Shown piece by piece: positions 1 to 10,206 of a DNA stretch of 64,000 nucleotides (position 1 is the stretch's first letter; each line of letters begins with the position of its first letter). The stretch covers positions 17,077 through 81,076 of the forward strand of contig URPL01000002.1 of the NCBI GenBank assembly GCA_900549725.1, read 5' to 3'. Origin of the DNA: an uncultured Eubacteriales bacterium (lineage in GTDB: Bacteria; Bacillota; Clostridia; Oscillospirales; CAG-272). The notes beneath the pieces were generated by a model. The model ran no database searches. It saw only the letters and a list, made by a program, of their open reading frames with translations, and was not told where the DNA came from. Made by a program: the position numbers and the translations under genes.

Positions 1-1
1 C

Positions 2-565
2 CCCGGCGCCGTCGACGATGAAACCTATGCCGGAAATCTTTCCCTTTTGCGCAGCGGCGCGCGGGTCATCACCTGCGCCGAGGACCTTCTTGCGGATTTT
101 GAACGCAGCGGCGCTTCTCCGTTTTTCAAAAACCGTATCGAGCTTGATGATTTTTATGATCGGTATGCTCCGCTGCCCGCCTCTGCGGACAACGCTTTGC
201 CGCGGCAAGCCGAGGATTTCACCGCATTGCTCCGCGCTATGGATACGGCGCAGACAAAAACCGCTTCGGCTCCCTCCGACACGCCTCTCTCCATGCCGCG
301 CATGCGGCAATTCGCGCCGCAGGATGCGTTTATCCGAAATGATGCGTGCGCGCAGGCAAACGAAACCCCCGCGCAAACGACGGAAAAAGAAGCGCTTCCC
401 GCTCCGCAGCGCGTGCTGCATGCGCTCGGGAAACACGGCGCAACCCCCGAAGAGCTTTGCGAGCGCCTTTCGCTTTCGCTCTCGGAAATCGAGCTGATCC
501 TTCTGCAGCTGGAGCAGGACGGTCTTGTGCGTGTCAGCGCGGGAGAACGCTATTTCTCCCTGTAA
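2..565 (+). CDS. dprA: DNA-processing protein DprA, C-terminal part (5' end lies outside the window)
   Basis: The frame is open from the window edge. The translation begins PGAVDDETYAGNLSLLRSGARVITCAEDLL, which is the DprA Rossmann-domain end motif. It ends in a winged-helix-like tail (ELCERLSLSLSEIELILLQLEQDGLV). It lies directly upstream of topA, as in the Firmicutes dprA-topA-trmFO synteny. Confidence 0.7.
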   Translation, partial: PGAVDDETYAGNLSLLRSGARVITCAEDLLADFERSGASPFFKNRIELDDFYDRYAPLPASADNALPRQAEDFTALLRAMDTAQTKTASAPSDTPLSMPRMRQFAPQDAFIRNDACAQANETPAQTTEKEALPAPQRVLHALGKHGATPEELCERLSLSLSEIELILLQLEQDGLVRVSAGERYFSL

Positions 566-603
566 CACTGCAACAGTTTAAAATAAAGATGAGGAAAACA
601 CGA

Positions 604-2868
604 ATGGCAAATCTTGTGATTTTGGAGTCTCCCCATAAGGCAACCACCGTCAAGGGGTATCTCGGCAGCGGCTATAAGGTCATGGCATCCGACGGGCATG
701 TCCGCGATCTGCCCAAGAGCCGCCTTGCCGTTGATGTCGACCATGACTTTGCCGTTGATTATATCAACATCCGCGGCAAAGGAGAGCTCATCCGCTCTCT
801 TAAAAAAGAGGCAAAAGCCGCAAAATATGTTTATCTTGCAACCGACCCTGACCGCGAGGGAGAAGCAATCTCCTGGCATCTTGCAACCGCTTTGGACCTG
901 CCCGCGGAAAAGGTGCGCCGCGTCACCTTCAATGAAATTACAAAAACCGCCGTCAAAGCGGGGATGAAGGCGCCGCGCGCGATCGATATCGATCTTGTCA
1001 ATTCCCAGCAGGCGCGCCGCATTCTCGACCGCATCGTGGGCTATAAGCTCAGCCCGTTTTTGTGGCGTACCGTGCGCAGCGGGCTTTCCGCCGGCAGAGT
1101 GCAGTCTGTGGCGACGCGGGTAATCGTGGACAGGGAAAACGAAATTCGCGCCTTTGTCCCGCAGGAGTATTACACGCTCAGCGCCGTAGTCGGAACAAGT
1201 GAAAAAGAGGCATTCACCGTGCGCTATGCAGGCGGCGAAGCGCCGCATTCTTCCCTTGCAACCCTTGCCGAGGCAGAAAAAATCGTCGCCGCCGTCGGGA
1301 AGGAAATGACCGTGGACGCGGTAAAGAAAGCCGTGCGCCAGAAAGCGCCGCAGCCCCCGTTTATCACCTCCACATTGCAGCAGGAGGCAAACCGCCGCCT
1401 CGGCTTCCAGACGGCGCGCACCATGCGCATCGCGCAGGAGCTTTATGAGGGAATTGACCTCGGCTCATCCTTTGGCGGGGTCAACGGTCTGATCAGCTAT
1501 ATGCGTACCGACTCGCTTCGCATCAGCGCGGAGGCGCAAGCTGCCGCACGGGCATATCTCACCGAAAAATACGGTGCGGAATATGTGCCGGAAAAACCGC
1601 GCGAATACAAATCCCGTGCGGGCGCGCAGGATGCGCATGAGGCAATTCGCCCCTCCGATCTGCATTTTGTGCCGGAGCAGATCAAGAAATATCTCACGGC
1701 AGACCAATTCAAGCTTTACCGCCTGATTTGGAATCGCTTTTTGGCATCCCAAATGGCAAATGCCAAGCTGGATACGCTCACTATTGAGCTCAGCGCCGGC
1801 GGCTATCCGTTCCGCGCCAACGGCTATACCGTGTGTTTTCCGGGTTACAGCGCCGTTTTGGAGGACCATGAGGAAGAGGGCGATGCGGAAAGCGGAAAGG
1901 GGCTGCGCCTGCCTTCGCTTACAAAGGGAGAGCGCCTGCATGTTTTTTCCGCCGACCCCAAGCACCATACCACCGAGCCGCCTGCGCACTATACCGAAGC
2001 CTCTCTGATCCGCCTGTTTGAGGAAAGCGGTATCGGCCGCCCCTCCACCTATGCCACCATCATTTCCACTATTCTCTCCCGCGGCTATGTCGTGCGGGAC
2101 GGGAAAGCCCTGCGCCCTACGGAGCTTGGCGAGCAGACCAACACACTGATGACGGAATATTTCCCGAAAATCGTCGATCTGACCTTCACCGCAGGCATGG
2201 AAGAAGAGTTGGACGAAATCGCAAACGGCAAAACCACCGTTTCCTCCGTGCTTTCCGGCTTTTATAAGGATTTTGCCGCCGACCTTGCAAATGCCGAAGA
2301 AAAAGCGCCCGACCGCGAAAAAGAGACCGCAGCGCAGACCACCGATCTCATTTGCGAGAAATGCGGCGCCGTAATGGTTGTAAAAATCGGGCGCTACGGA
2401 AAATTTGCCGCCTGCCCCAACTATCCCGCCTGCCGCAACACCAAACCCCTCACGGACGAGAAGGAGCAAAAACCGCTTAAAAAAACCGGCGAAAAATGCG
2501 AGCTGTGCGGTGCGGATATGGTGATCCGCCCGGGGCGGTATGGCAATTTCTATGCCTGCAGCCGCTATCCGGAATGCAAAAACACAAAGCAGATCCGCCA
2601 TCCCGTCGGCGTCAAATGCCCTAAGTGCGGCGGCGAAATTCTGCAGCGTTCCGGCAAAAACAGACGCATTTTCTATTCCTGCGAAAATTATCCCACCTGC
2701 GATTTTTCCTCCTGGGATCTTCCCCTGCGGGAAAGTTGCCCCCGTTGCGGCAAGCTTTTGTTTGCTAAGAAGGGCAAAAATCTCATCCTCTGCCACGACA
2801 GGGCCTGCGGCTACAAGCGGGAAATGACCGAGGAAGAGGTTGCACAAAGAGAAAATATGAAAGGGTAA
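604..2868 (+). CDS. topA: DNA topoisomerase I (type IA) with four C-terminal C4 zinc-ribbon repeats
   Basis: The start is MANLVILESPHKATTVKGYLG, a Toprim N-terminus. Also present are DPDREGEAISWH, the active-site region SYMRTDS, and four CxxC...CxxC modules near the C-terminus. The ATG at 604 is in frame with the longer track ORF starting at 346. Confidence 0.95.
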   Translation: MANLVILESPHKATTVKGYLGSGYKVMASDGHVRDLPKSRLAVDVDHDFAVDYINIRGKGELIRSLKKEAKAAKYVYLATDPDREGEAISWHLATALDLPAEKVRRVTFNEITKTAVKAGMKAPRAIDIDLVNSQQARRILDRIVGYKLSPFLWRTVRSGLSAGRVQSVATRVIVDRENEIRAFVPQEYYTLSAVVGTSEKEAFTVRYAGGEAPHSSLATLAEAEKIVAAVGKEMTVDAVKKAVRQKAPQPPFITSTLQQEANRRLGFQTARTMRIAQELYEGIDLGSSFGGVNGLISYMRTDSLRISAEAQAAARAYLTEKYGAEYVPEKPREYKSRAGAQDAHEAIRPSDLHFVPEQIKKYLTADQFKLYRLIWNRFLASQMANAKLDTLTIELSAGGYPFRANGYTVCFPGYSAVLEDHEEEGDAESGKGLRLPSLTKGERLHVFSADPKHHTTEPPAHYTEASLIRLFEESGIGRPSTYATIISTILSRGYVVRDGKALRPTELGEQTNTLMTEYFPKIVDLTFTAGMEEELDEIANGKTTVSSVLSGFYKDFAADLANAEEKAPDREKETAAQTTDLICEKCGAVMVVKIGRYGKFAACPNYPACRNTKPLTDEKEQKPLKKTGEKCELCGADMVIRPGRYGNFYACSRYPECKNTKQIRHPVGVKCPKCGGEILQRSGKNRRIFYSCENYPTCDFSSWDLPLRESCPRCGKLLFAKKGKNLILCHDRACGYKREMTEEEVAQRENMKG

Positions 2869-2889
2869 CAACGGTTCAAGGCCTTGCAA

Positions 2890-4233
2890 ATGACAAATAA
2901 CATTCCCTCCGTCTCCGTCATCGGCGCCGGCCTTGCCGGCTGCGAGGCGGCATATCAGGCGGCGCAGCGCGGCGTTTCGGTCACGCTGATTGAAATGAAG
3001 CCGCAAAGCTATACCCCGGCGCACCATTCCCCGCTTTTTGCGGAGCTGGTCTGCTCCAATTCTCTGCGCTCCGCACAGCTGTTCAACGCCGTGGGACTGC
3101 TCAAAGAGGAGCTGCGCCGCATGGATTCTCTCATTCTGCGCGCCGCTGACGAGAGCGCCGTCCCGGCGGGAGCCGCACTCGCGGTGGACCGCACGCGCTT
3201 TTCGGCGTATATCACCGATGCAATCAAAGCGCTCCCGAAAATCACCGTTGTGCAGCGGGAAATCACCGCGCTGCCGCCGCTTGACGAAATTTCCGTCACC
3301 GCGACCGGCCCCCTTACCTCCGCCCCCTATGCCGATGCACTGCAAAAAGCCTTCGGCATGGACGCGCTGCATTTTTTCGATGCCGCCGCGCCGATCGTGG
3401 ACGGAGAAAGCATCGATTTTGCGCATGCCTATCGCTCCAGCCGCTACGGCAAGGGCGATGCGGATTATGTCAACTGCCCGCTTACCAAAGAGGAATATCT
3501 TGCCTTTGTCAAAGCGCTGACCGAGGCGGAGCTTGCGCCGCTGCATGAATTTGATTCCGAGGCGCAAAAGGATCTCACCGTTTTTGAGGGGTGCATGCCC
3601 ATTGAGGTCATGGCGCGCCGCGGGGTGGATACCCTGCGCTACGGCCCGTTCAAACCCGTCGGTCTGCCCGACCCGCGCACCGGGAAAGAGCCCTATGCCG
3701 TGCTGCAGCTGCGCATGGAAAATACCGCGGGGAGCATGTTCAACCTTGTCGGCTGCCAGACTCATCTGACCTTCCCCGAGCAGCGTCGAGTCTTCTCCAT
3801 CATTCCTGCTCTTGCAAACGCCTCATTTTTCCGCTACGGCGTGATGCACCGCAATACCTTCCTCAATTCCCCCGCGCTGCTGGACGCGACCTACGCCTGG
3901 CGCGCCCATCCGAATCTGTTCTTTGCCGGGCAGATGACCGGCGTTGAGGGGTATGTGGAAAGCGCCGCCTCGGGCTGTGTCGCCGGCATCAACGCCGCGC
4001 GGCGCGCATGCGGAAAAGCGCCTTTTGTTTTCTCTCCCGTCAGCATCATCGGCGCAATGGCAGCATATATTTCAAATCCCGCGCAGATCCGCTTCGAGCC
4101 GATGAATGCGAATTTCGGGCTGATTGCCCCGCTGGAGCAGCGGGTGCGCGGCGGAAAGCGCGCGAAATATGACGAATATGTGCGCCGCAGCCTTGCTTAT
4201 TTTGATTCCCTTGCAAAGGAGGAACTGTCATGA
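2890..4233 (+). CDS. trmFO: Methylenetetrahydrofolate--tRNA-(uracil-5-)-methyltransferase TrmFO
   Basis: An FAD-binding N-terminus VSVIGAGLAGCEAAYQAA is present. The length and the position after topA match TrmFO/Gid. An alternative TTG start lies at 2884. The stop overlaps the plsX ATG (ATGA). Confidence 0.9.
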   Translation: MTNNIPSVSVIGAGLAGCEAAYQAAQRGVSVTLIEMKPQSYTPAHHSPLFAELVCSNSLRSAQLFNAVGLLKEELRRMDSLILRAADESAVPAGAALAVDRTRFSAYITDAIKALPKITVVQREITALPPLDEISVTATGPLTSAPYADALQKAFGMDALHFFDAAAPIVDGESIDFAHAYRSSRYGKGDADYVNCPLTKEEYLAFVKALTEAELAPLHEFDSEAQKDLTVFEGCMPIEVMARRGVDTLRYGPFKPVGLPDPRTGKEPYAVLQLRMENTAGSMFNLVGCQTHLTFPEQRRVFSIIPALANASFFRYGVMHRNTFLNSPALLDATYAWRAHPNLFFAGQMTGVEGYVESAASGCVAGINAARRACGKAPFVFSPVSIIGAMAAYISNPAQIRFEPMNANFGLIAPLEQRVRGGKRAKYDEYVRRSLAYFDSLAKEELS

Positions 4234-5291
4234 AAATCATCATAGATGCCATGGGCGGAGACAACGCCCCCGCAGCACTTGTTGCCGGCGCCGTGCTCGC
4301 CGTGCAGGAGCAGGATGTGGATATTGTTTTGGTGGGAGATGAGGCAGCCATCCGCCGCGAGCTTGCCGTTTGCGGCGGCGAAGAGCTGCTCGGCTCCCGC
4401 ATTGAGATCCGCCATGCCCCGCAGGTGATCACCATGGAGGACGCCCCATTTGATGTTCTGCGCAAAAAGCGCAATTCCTCTATGACCGTCGGGCTGCGCA
4501 TGCTTGCCGCGGGAGAGGGCGATGCCTTTGTCGGCGCGGGCAATACAGGCGCGCTGTTTACGGGGGCTACGGCGATCGTTCGCCCCTATCGCGGCCTCCG
4601 CCGCGCCGCCATCGGCACGATTCTGCCCTTTGAGCGGCCCTTGCTTTTGCTTGACAGCGGCGCAAATGCCACCGTCACCGCGGAATATATGGAGCAGTTT
4701 GCCTATATGGGCGCCATCTATATGGAAGGCCTTTTTCAAAATCCGCATGTCACCGTCGGGCTGCTCAACAACGGCGCCGAGGCGCATAAGGGGCCGCCCG
4801 TTTATGTGGAAACCTATCGGCTTTTGAAAAATTCCTCTTTGAATTTTGTCGGCAATATTGAGGGCAAGGAAATTCCGCGAGGCCGCTGCGATGTGCTCGT
4901 GGCTGACGGCTTTGCCGGCAATATCGTGCTGAAGCTGGTGGAGGGCATGTCCCGCTTTGCGCTGAAAAAGGTCAAGGGGCTGTTTTTCTCCTCCCTTGCC
5001 ACAAAAATGTCCGCCGTGCTCTTCAAAAAGCAATTTGTTTCGCTGAAAAAAGAGCTGGATGCCTCCGAATACGGCGGCGCGCCGTTCCTCGGCATTTCAA
5101 AGCCCGTGATTAAGGCGCACGGCTCCTCGGATGCCCGCGCGGTGAAAAATGCGGTGCGTCAGGCAAAGGCATATTTGGAAAGCGGCATTTCCGACCGCAT
5201 CGCAGAGTGCGCGGCGCTTTGGGTAAAAGCCGCGCCCGGGGACGGAGAAGCGGGCGCACCGACGCCCGATGCCGCAAAGGAGGAAAACTGA
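4230..5291 (+). CDS. plsX: Phosphate acyltransferase PlsX
   Basis: The N-terminus MKIIIDAMGGDNAP and the FVGNIEG and ADGFAGN motifs are characteristic of PlsX. A short low-complexity C-terminal extension is present. Confidence 0.93.
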   Translation: MKIIIDAMGGDNAPAALVAGAVLAVQEQDVDIVLVGDEAAIRRELAVCGGEELLGSRIEIRHAPQVITMEDAPFDVLRKKRNSSMTVGLRMLAAGEGDAFVGAGNTGALFTGATAIVRPYRGLRRAAIGTILPFERPLLLLDSGANATVTAEYMEQFAYMGAIYMEGLFQNPHVTVGLLNNGAEAHKGPPVYVETYRLLKNSSLNFVGNIEGKEIPRGRCDVLVADGFAGNIVLKLVEGMSRFALKKVKGLFFSSLATKMSAVLFKKQFVSLKKELDASEYGGAPFLGISKPVIKAHGSSDARAVKNAVRQAKAYLESGISDRIAECAALWVKAAPGDGEAGAPTPDAAKEEN

Positions 5292-5292
5292 G

Positions 5293-6042
5293 ATGCCTCA
5301 CGAAAAACAAACCGTGCACAGCGTGATTGAGCTGCTGCCCGCCGAGATCGGCACATTGGAGCAAGCCATCGGCTATCGCTTCCGGTCCCGCGAAATTCTG
5401 GCACAGGCACTGACGCATTCTTCCCTGGCGCATGAGCAGCAGGCAAAGGGGCTTTCCTGCCGCTGCAACGAGCGCTATGAATTTTTGGGAGACAGCATCC
5501 TCTCCGTTTTGACAAGCACCTATATTTTTTCGCTCTTTCCGGATGCGCCCGAGGGAGATCTGACCAAGCTGCGTGCGCAGCTCGTCTGTGAGGACGCGCT
5601 GTGGCACAATGCCTGCTCCATTTCTTTGGGCGACTATCTTCTGCTCGGCCACGGGGAAGAAAAAAACGGCGGCAGAGAACGCAAATCCATCCTCGCCGAT
5701 GCCTTTGAGGCGCTGCTTGCCGCAATGTATCTTGACAGCAATTCCTTTGGGCCGGTACAGCGCTTTTTGATGCCCTATCTTGTGCGGCAGGCGGAAACGC
5801 TGCCGGGGCACTCCTCTGATTATAAAACAAAGCTGCAGCAGATCGTGCAGCAGGAGCCGGGTGAAAAGCTGGAATATGTGCTCGTAGCGCAGCTGGGACC
5901 GGACCATGAAAAGCAATTTGAGATGGAGGCCCGCCTGAACAGCAATGTCATCGGCCGCGGCCACGGGCGCTCCAAACGCGAGGCGGAGCAGGCCGCCGCC
6001 AAAGAGGCGCTCTCCCTGTTCGGGCAGGGCAAAGAGGAATAA
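5293..6042 (+). CDS. rnc: Ribonuclease III
   Basis: The RNase III signature ERYEFLGDSIL is present, followed by a C-terminal dsRBD (GRGHGRSKREAEQAAAKEAL). The ATG at 5293 is in frame with the track ORF starting at 5269. Confidence 0.93.
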   Translation: MPHEKQTVHSVIELLPAEIGTLEQAIGYRFRSREILAQALTHSSLAHEQQAKGLSCRCNERYEFLGDSILSVLTSTYIFSLFPDAPEGDLTKLRAQLVCEDALWHNACSISLGDYLLLGHGEEKNGGRERKSILADAFEALLAAMYLDSNSFGPVQRFLMPYLVRQAETLPGHSSDYKTKLQQIVQQEPGEKLEYVLVAQLGPDHEKQFEMEARLNSNVIGRGHGRSKREAEQAAAKEALSLFGQGKEE

Positions 6043-6066
6043 GATTGCACCACGCACCGAAAGCAC

Positions 6067-6105
6067 AAAAAACGGAGCCGGCATTCGGCTCCGTTTTCTT
6101 TTTCG
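6067..6105. terminator. Bidirectional rho-independent terminator between rnc (+) and pepF (-)
   Basis: The sequence reads AAAAAA-CGGAGCCG-gcatt-CGGCTCCG-TTTTCTTTTT. It is an 8-bp GC stem flanked by an A-run and a T-run. Confidence 0.6.
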
Positions 6106-6112
6106 GCTATGT

Positions 6113-7894
6113 TCAGTGCAAAAGCGCTTCCAGCTCGTCCAGGCTTTGCGCAAACACCTGCATGGCATTGCGCACGGTGTCTGGTTTTTCCAGATCCACG
6201 CCGGCGATGCGCAGCTCATTCAGCGGATAATCGCTGCCGCCCGTGGTCAAAAAGCGCAGATAATTCTCGGCGCTGCCGCTTTGCAGAATGTTGTTTGCGA
6301 TTGCAACGGCGGAGCTGAAGCCCGTGGCATACTGGTACACATAAAATGCATTGTAAAAATGCGGGATACGCGCCCATTCGATATCCTGCAGCTCGTCCAC
6401 TACGGCGCCCTTATAATATGCCTCATTGAGTCTGCGGTAAATGGCATTGAGCGCCTTCGGCGTCAGCGGTTCTCCGCGGTCATAGGCCTTGTGCGCCTCC
6501 CGCTCAAATTCGGCGAACAGCGTCTGGCGGAACACCGTCGTACGGAAGCCCTCCAAAAAGTGATTCAGAATATAGGCGCGGCGCGCGGGATCCGTCTCCA
6601 CCGAGAGCAGATATTTTGTGAGCAGCACCTCGTTGACCGTGGAGGCGACCTCCGCCACCATGATTTCATAATCATGGTTGACATAATCCTGCGTATGATC
6701 GGAAAAATAGGAATGCATGCTGTGCCCAAGCTCATGCGCCAGCGTAAACGCATCATCCAGCGTATCCGTATAGTTCAGCAGCACATACGGGTGCACCCCG
6801 AACACGCCGCAGGAAAATGCGCCCGTGGTTTTTCCCTTATTCTCGTAAACATCGATCCATTTTTCCGCAAACGCGCGGTCGAGCAGCTTTGCATATTCCT
6901 CGCCCAGCGGCGCAAGCGCCTTTTTCACCAGCGTTTTGGCGTCGGCAAACGGGACGGAAATATCCACATTTTCCACCATGGGGCAGTAAAGATCGTACAT
7001 GTGCAGCTCCTTGACACCCAGCTGCTTTTTCCGCAGCGCCAAATACCGCTGCATGGTCGGAAATGCATCATGAACGGCATCCGTCAGCGCATCATATACC
7101 GCAATGGGCACGTTTGTGCCGAACAGCGCCGCCTCGCATGCGCCGTCAAAGCCGCGCACCTTGGCATAATAGCAATCCATTTTCACCGAGCCCTCATACA
7201 GCGCGGCAAAGGTATTGATATACCGCTTGAATTCTCCGAAATACGCCTCAAACGCCTCCTTGCGCACTCTTTGGTCGCGGCTTTCGCGGTATACGGCGAA
7301 ATTGCCGTGGCTCAGGGTGACGCTTTCCCCGGCTTCATCCGTAATTGCAGGGAAGCTCATATCCACGCTTTCCAGCATGGAAAAGGATTTGCGGAAGCCG
7401 CCTGCCGCATCCGAAAGCATTGCAAGCATTTTTTCCTGCTCTGCGCCGAGCACATGCGCGCGCCCGCGCACAATATTGCCGATCAGATGGCGATAGGTCG
7501 CAAGGCGCTCCTCCTTCAGATATTCTGCAAGCGTCTTTTCATCAATCGCGAGAATCTCCGGCTCCAAAAATGCAGTATTGGTGGAAAATTCGACATACAG
7601 CGTTGTGGATTTTCCGCTCATCTCCTGCCCGCCGGGGTCCGCATTGTCGCCGTCGCGGCGCAGCGTGGCATAAATATATGCCCGCTCCACAAGCGCGCTT
7701 GCCGCATAAATTTTGTCAAGCCCGTCTGCCAGTGCCTGCGCGGAGGCGCCGAGGGTGCCGGGCAGCCCTTTCAGCTCCTTCACCGCTTCGGCGGCTTTTT
7801 CCATTGCGCGCTCCCAGGCGGCGTCGTTTTCATAAACGGCAGTCAGATCCCATTGATATGCAGGGTCCATCTGCGCTCTTTGCTTTAGTTCCAT
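6113..7894 (-). CDS. pepF: Oligoendopeptidase F (M3B family)
   Basis: The zinc motif HELGHSMHS is present and the length is about 594 aa. The start MELKQRAQMDPAYQWDL is preceded by GGAGG. The longer track ORF extending to 8206 has no RBS support. Confidence 0.88.
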   Translation of the reverse strand: MELKQRAQMDPAYQWDLTAVYENDAAWERAMEKAAEAVKELKGLPGTLGASAQALADGLDKIYAASALVERAYIYATLRRDGDNADPGGQEMSGKSTTLYVEFSTNTAFLEPEILAIDEKTLAEYLKEERLATYRHLIGNIVRGRAHVLGAEQEKMLAMLSDAAGGFRKSFSMLESVDMSFPAITDEAGESVTLSHGNFAVYRESRDQRVRKEAFEAYFGEFKRYINTFAALYEGSVKMDCYYAKVRGFDGACEAALFGTNVPIAVYDALTDAVHDAFPTMQRYLALRKKQLGVKELHMYDLYCPMVENVDISVPFADAKTLVKKALAPLGEEYAKLLDRAFAEKWIDVYENKGKTTGAFSCGVFGVHPYVLLNYTDTLDDAFTLAHELGHSMHSYFSDHTQDYVNHDYEIMVAEVASTVNEVLLTKYLLSVETDPARRAYILNHFLEGFRTTVFRQTLFAEFEREAHKAYDRGEPLTPKALNAIYRRLNEAYYKGAVVDELQDIEWARIPHFYNAFYVYQYATGFSSAVAIANNILQSGSAENYLRFLTTGGSDYPLNELRIAGVDLEKPDTVRNAMQVFAQSLDELEALLH

Positions 7895-8049
7895 AGGGGG
7901 GCCTCCTTTTTCCTCATTTCTTTTTTTCATTATACTATACCTTTTCCCGTTTTGCAATGCCGCCGTCTCATTTCCGCGCGAAACGATTGTAGTTTTTGTG
8001 GGTTTTTCGAAAAATATAAAAACGGATTGTGTTTTTTTGCGTTTTTGCG

Positions 8050-8078
8050 TTGACGGATCCGTCGTTTTCGTGTATAAT
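8050..8078 (+). promoter_or_regulatory. Sigma-A-type promoter upstream of uvrB
   Basis: TTGACG (8050-8055), a 17-nt spacer, then TATAAT (8073-8078). It lies 35 nt upstream of the uvrB start. Confidence 0.5.
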
Positions 8079-8112
8079 AACAGGTGTGACTTGTGATAGG
8101 GAGGTGTCTTTT

Positions 8113-10140
8113 TTGCTGAATACTCCGTTTTCTCTGCAAAGTGATCTGCGTCCCACAGGCGACCAGCCGCAGGCGATTGCGCTGCTTTCCGAAGGGGTGG
8201 AAGCAAAGCTGAGAGACCAGGTGCTGCTCGGCGTAACCGGCTCCGGCAAAACCTTCACCATGGCAAATATCATTGCAAAGTGCAACCGTCCGACGCTGAT
8301 CATCGAGCCGAATAAAACGCTTGCGGCACAGGTCTGCTCCGAAATGCGGCGTTTTTTCCCGCAGGATGCCGTGGAATATTTCGTTTCCTATTATGATTAT
8401 TACCAACCCGAGGCATACATTCCGGGCAAGGATCTTTATATCGAAAAGGACGCGCTGATCAACGAAGAGATCGATAAGCTGCGCCACAGCGCGACCTCCT
8501 CCCTCTTTGAACAGCGCAATACCATAATTGTCGCCTCCGTTTCCTGCATTTATTCCCTGGGCGACCCGAGCGAATATCAAAACCTCGTGCTCGCCGTGCG
8601 TCCGGGCATGGCGCTTGACCGCGACGCGCTCGCTGCGCGCCTGGTGGCGATCGGGTATTCACGCAACGATTTAAGCCTCACGCGCGATCATTTCCGCGTG
8701 CGCGGCGATACCGTGGAAATCGTCCCGGCAAACAGCGCGGAAAAGGCGCTGCGCATTGAATTTTTCGGGGACGAGATCGACCGCGTCTGCCGCATCGATG
8801 TGCTCACGGGCGCGGTGCTTGCCACGCTGCGCTATGCCGCCGTGTACCCCGCAACGCACTATGCCGTCTCGGCGGACAAGCGCGAAGCGGCGCTTTCCGT
8901 GATTGAAAAGGAAATGGTCGAGCGCGTCCGGTATTTTAAGGACAAAGGTAAGCTGCTGGAAGCGCAGCGCATTGAGCAGCGCACCCGATATGATCTTGAA
9001 ATGCTGCGGGAGGTCGGCTCCTGCTCGGGCGTGGAGAATTATTCGCGCGTGCTCAGCGGGCGCGCCCCCGGCTCCACCCCCTATACCCTGCTTGACTTTT
9101 TCCCGCAGGACTATCTTATGTTTATTGACGAATCCCATGTCGCCATTCCGCAAATTCGCGGCATGAGCGGCGGCGACCGCGCCCGCAAGGAAAATCTCGT
9201 TTCCTTCGGCTTTCGCCTGCCCTCCGCCTTTGATAACCGCCCGCTGTTTTTCAATGAATTTGAAAAGAAGATCAATCAGGTGATCTATGTCAGCGCAACC
9301 CCGGGCGACTATGAGCTGGAGCATTCCATGTGCACTGCCGAGCAGATCATCCGTCCCACAGGTCTTTTGGATCCGCGCGTTGAGGTGCGCCCCATTGCGG
9401 GGCAGATCGATGATCTGCTCGGCGAGATCCGTCTGCGCGCCGCAAAGGGGGAGCGCGTTCTTGTGACGACGCTCACCACAAAAATGGCAGAGGACCTCAC
9501 GGAATATTTTGAAAACAACGATGTCCGCGTGCGCTATATCCACCATAAGGTCGATACCCTGGAGCGCACCGAGCTCATCCGCGATCTGCGCCGCGGCGCC
9601 TTTGATGTGCTTGTGGGCATAAATCTTCTGCGCGAGGGGCTGGACCTGCCCGAGGTTTCCCTGGTTGCCGTTCTGGATGCGGATAAAGAGGGCTTTTTGC
9701 GCAGCGGACGCTCCCTGATTCAAACCATCGGCCGCGCCGCCCGCAACGCAAACGGAACGGTGATCCTCTATGCCGATACCGTAACGGGTTCTATGGATTA
9801 TGCCATCAAGGAAACCGAGCGCCGCCGCCGCCTGCAGGCTGCCTATAACAGCGAGCACGGCATCTCCCCGCGCACCATCCTCCGCCCGGTGGAAGAAAGC
9901 ATTTCCATCGCCCTTGAACAGGAGCCGCCCGCCCCGAAAAACAAGGCAAACTCCTCCAAAAATGGAGGCAAAGGGCGTGGGAAGGCGCCGTTTGCCTCCA
10001 CGCAGGATTCTCTGCCCGCCGACCGCTCCGCAAAAATCGAAGCGCTGCGCGCCGCCATGAAGCAGGCCGCCGCCGCCCTGGAATTTGAGCAGGCTGCCTA
10101 TTATCGCGATCTCATTGCTGAGCTTGAGAAAAAGGCTTGA
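8113..10140 (+). CDS. uvrB: Excinuclease ABC subunit B
   Basis: The TTG start at 8113 is preceded by GGGAGGTG. The motifs PTGDQPQAI and [12 protein letters not shown] (Walker A), the helicase motifs, and a C-terminal UVR domain ([15 protein letters not shown]) are present. Confidence 0.95.
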   Translation: MLNTPFSLQSDLRPTGDQPQAIALLSEGVEAKLRDQVLLGVTGSGKTFTMANIIAKCNRPTLIIEPNKTLAAQVCSEMRRFFPQDAVEYFVSYYDYYQPEAYIPGKDLYIEKDALINEEIDKLRHSATSSLFEQRNTIIVASVSCIYSLGDPSEYQNLVLAVRPGMALDRDALAARLVAIGYSRNDLSLTRDHFRVRGDTVEIVPANSAEKALRIEFFGDEIDRVCRIDVLTGAVLATLRYAAVYPATHYAVSADKREAALSVIEKEMVERVRYFKDKGKLLEAQRIEQRTRYDLEMLREVGSCSGVENYSRVLSGRAPGSTPYTLLDFFPQDYLMFIDESHVAIPQIRGMSGGDRARKENLVSFGFRLPSAFDNRPLFFNEFEKKINQVIYVSATPGDYELEHSMCTAEQIIRPTGLLDPRVEVRPIAGQIDDLLGEIRLRAAKGERVLVTTLTTKMAEDLTEYFENNDVRVRYIHHKVDTLERTELIRDLRRGAFDVLVGINLLREGLDLPEVSLVAVLDADKEGFLRSGRSLIQTIGRAARNANGTVILYADTVTGSMDYAIKETERRRRLQAAYNSEHGISPRTILRPVEESISIALEQEPPAPKNKANSSKNGGKGRGKAPFASTQDSLPADRSAKIEALRAAMKQAAAALEFEQAAYYRDLIAELEKKA

Positions 10141-10206
10141 TGCCCTTTGCTCCGCTGTTCCGTTTTCTTTCCTGTTCCATTTCTAATTCATAAAAGGAGA
10201 ATTTCT

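Noticed and set aside
1465-3765. A 766-aa minus-strand ORF. Other very long ORFs lie antisense to recognised genes: 5945-7888(+), 10543-12090(-), 23565-25802(-), 30946-32574(+), 46122-48908(+), 53946-55403(-), 59892-60884(-).
   Set aside because: Each lies entirely opposite a gene with clear family motifs (topA/trmFO, pepF, uvrA, gyrA, metG, the CDF/DnaC/DnaD genes, GH31, priA). Their translations are Arg/Ala/Gly-rich low-complexity sequence with no motifs. These are the usual shadow ORFs of GC-rich DNA with a stop-poor antisense frame.
7980-8112. A LexA (Cheo-type GAAC-N4-GTTC) box upstream of uvrB.
   Set aside because: I read the region on both strands. Only CGAAAAATATAAAAACG-like AT-rich sequence is present, with no GAAC...GTTC dyad.
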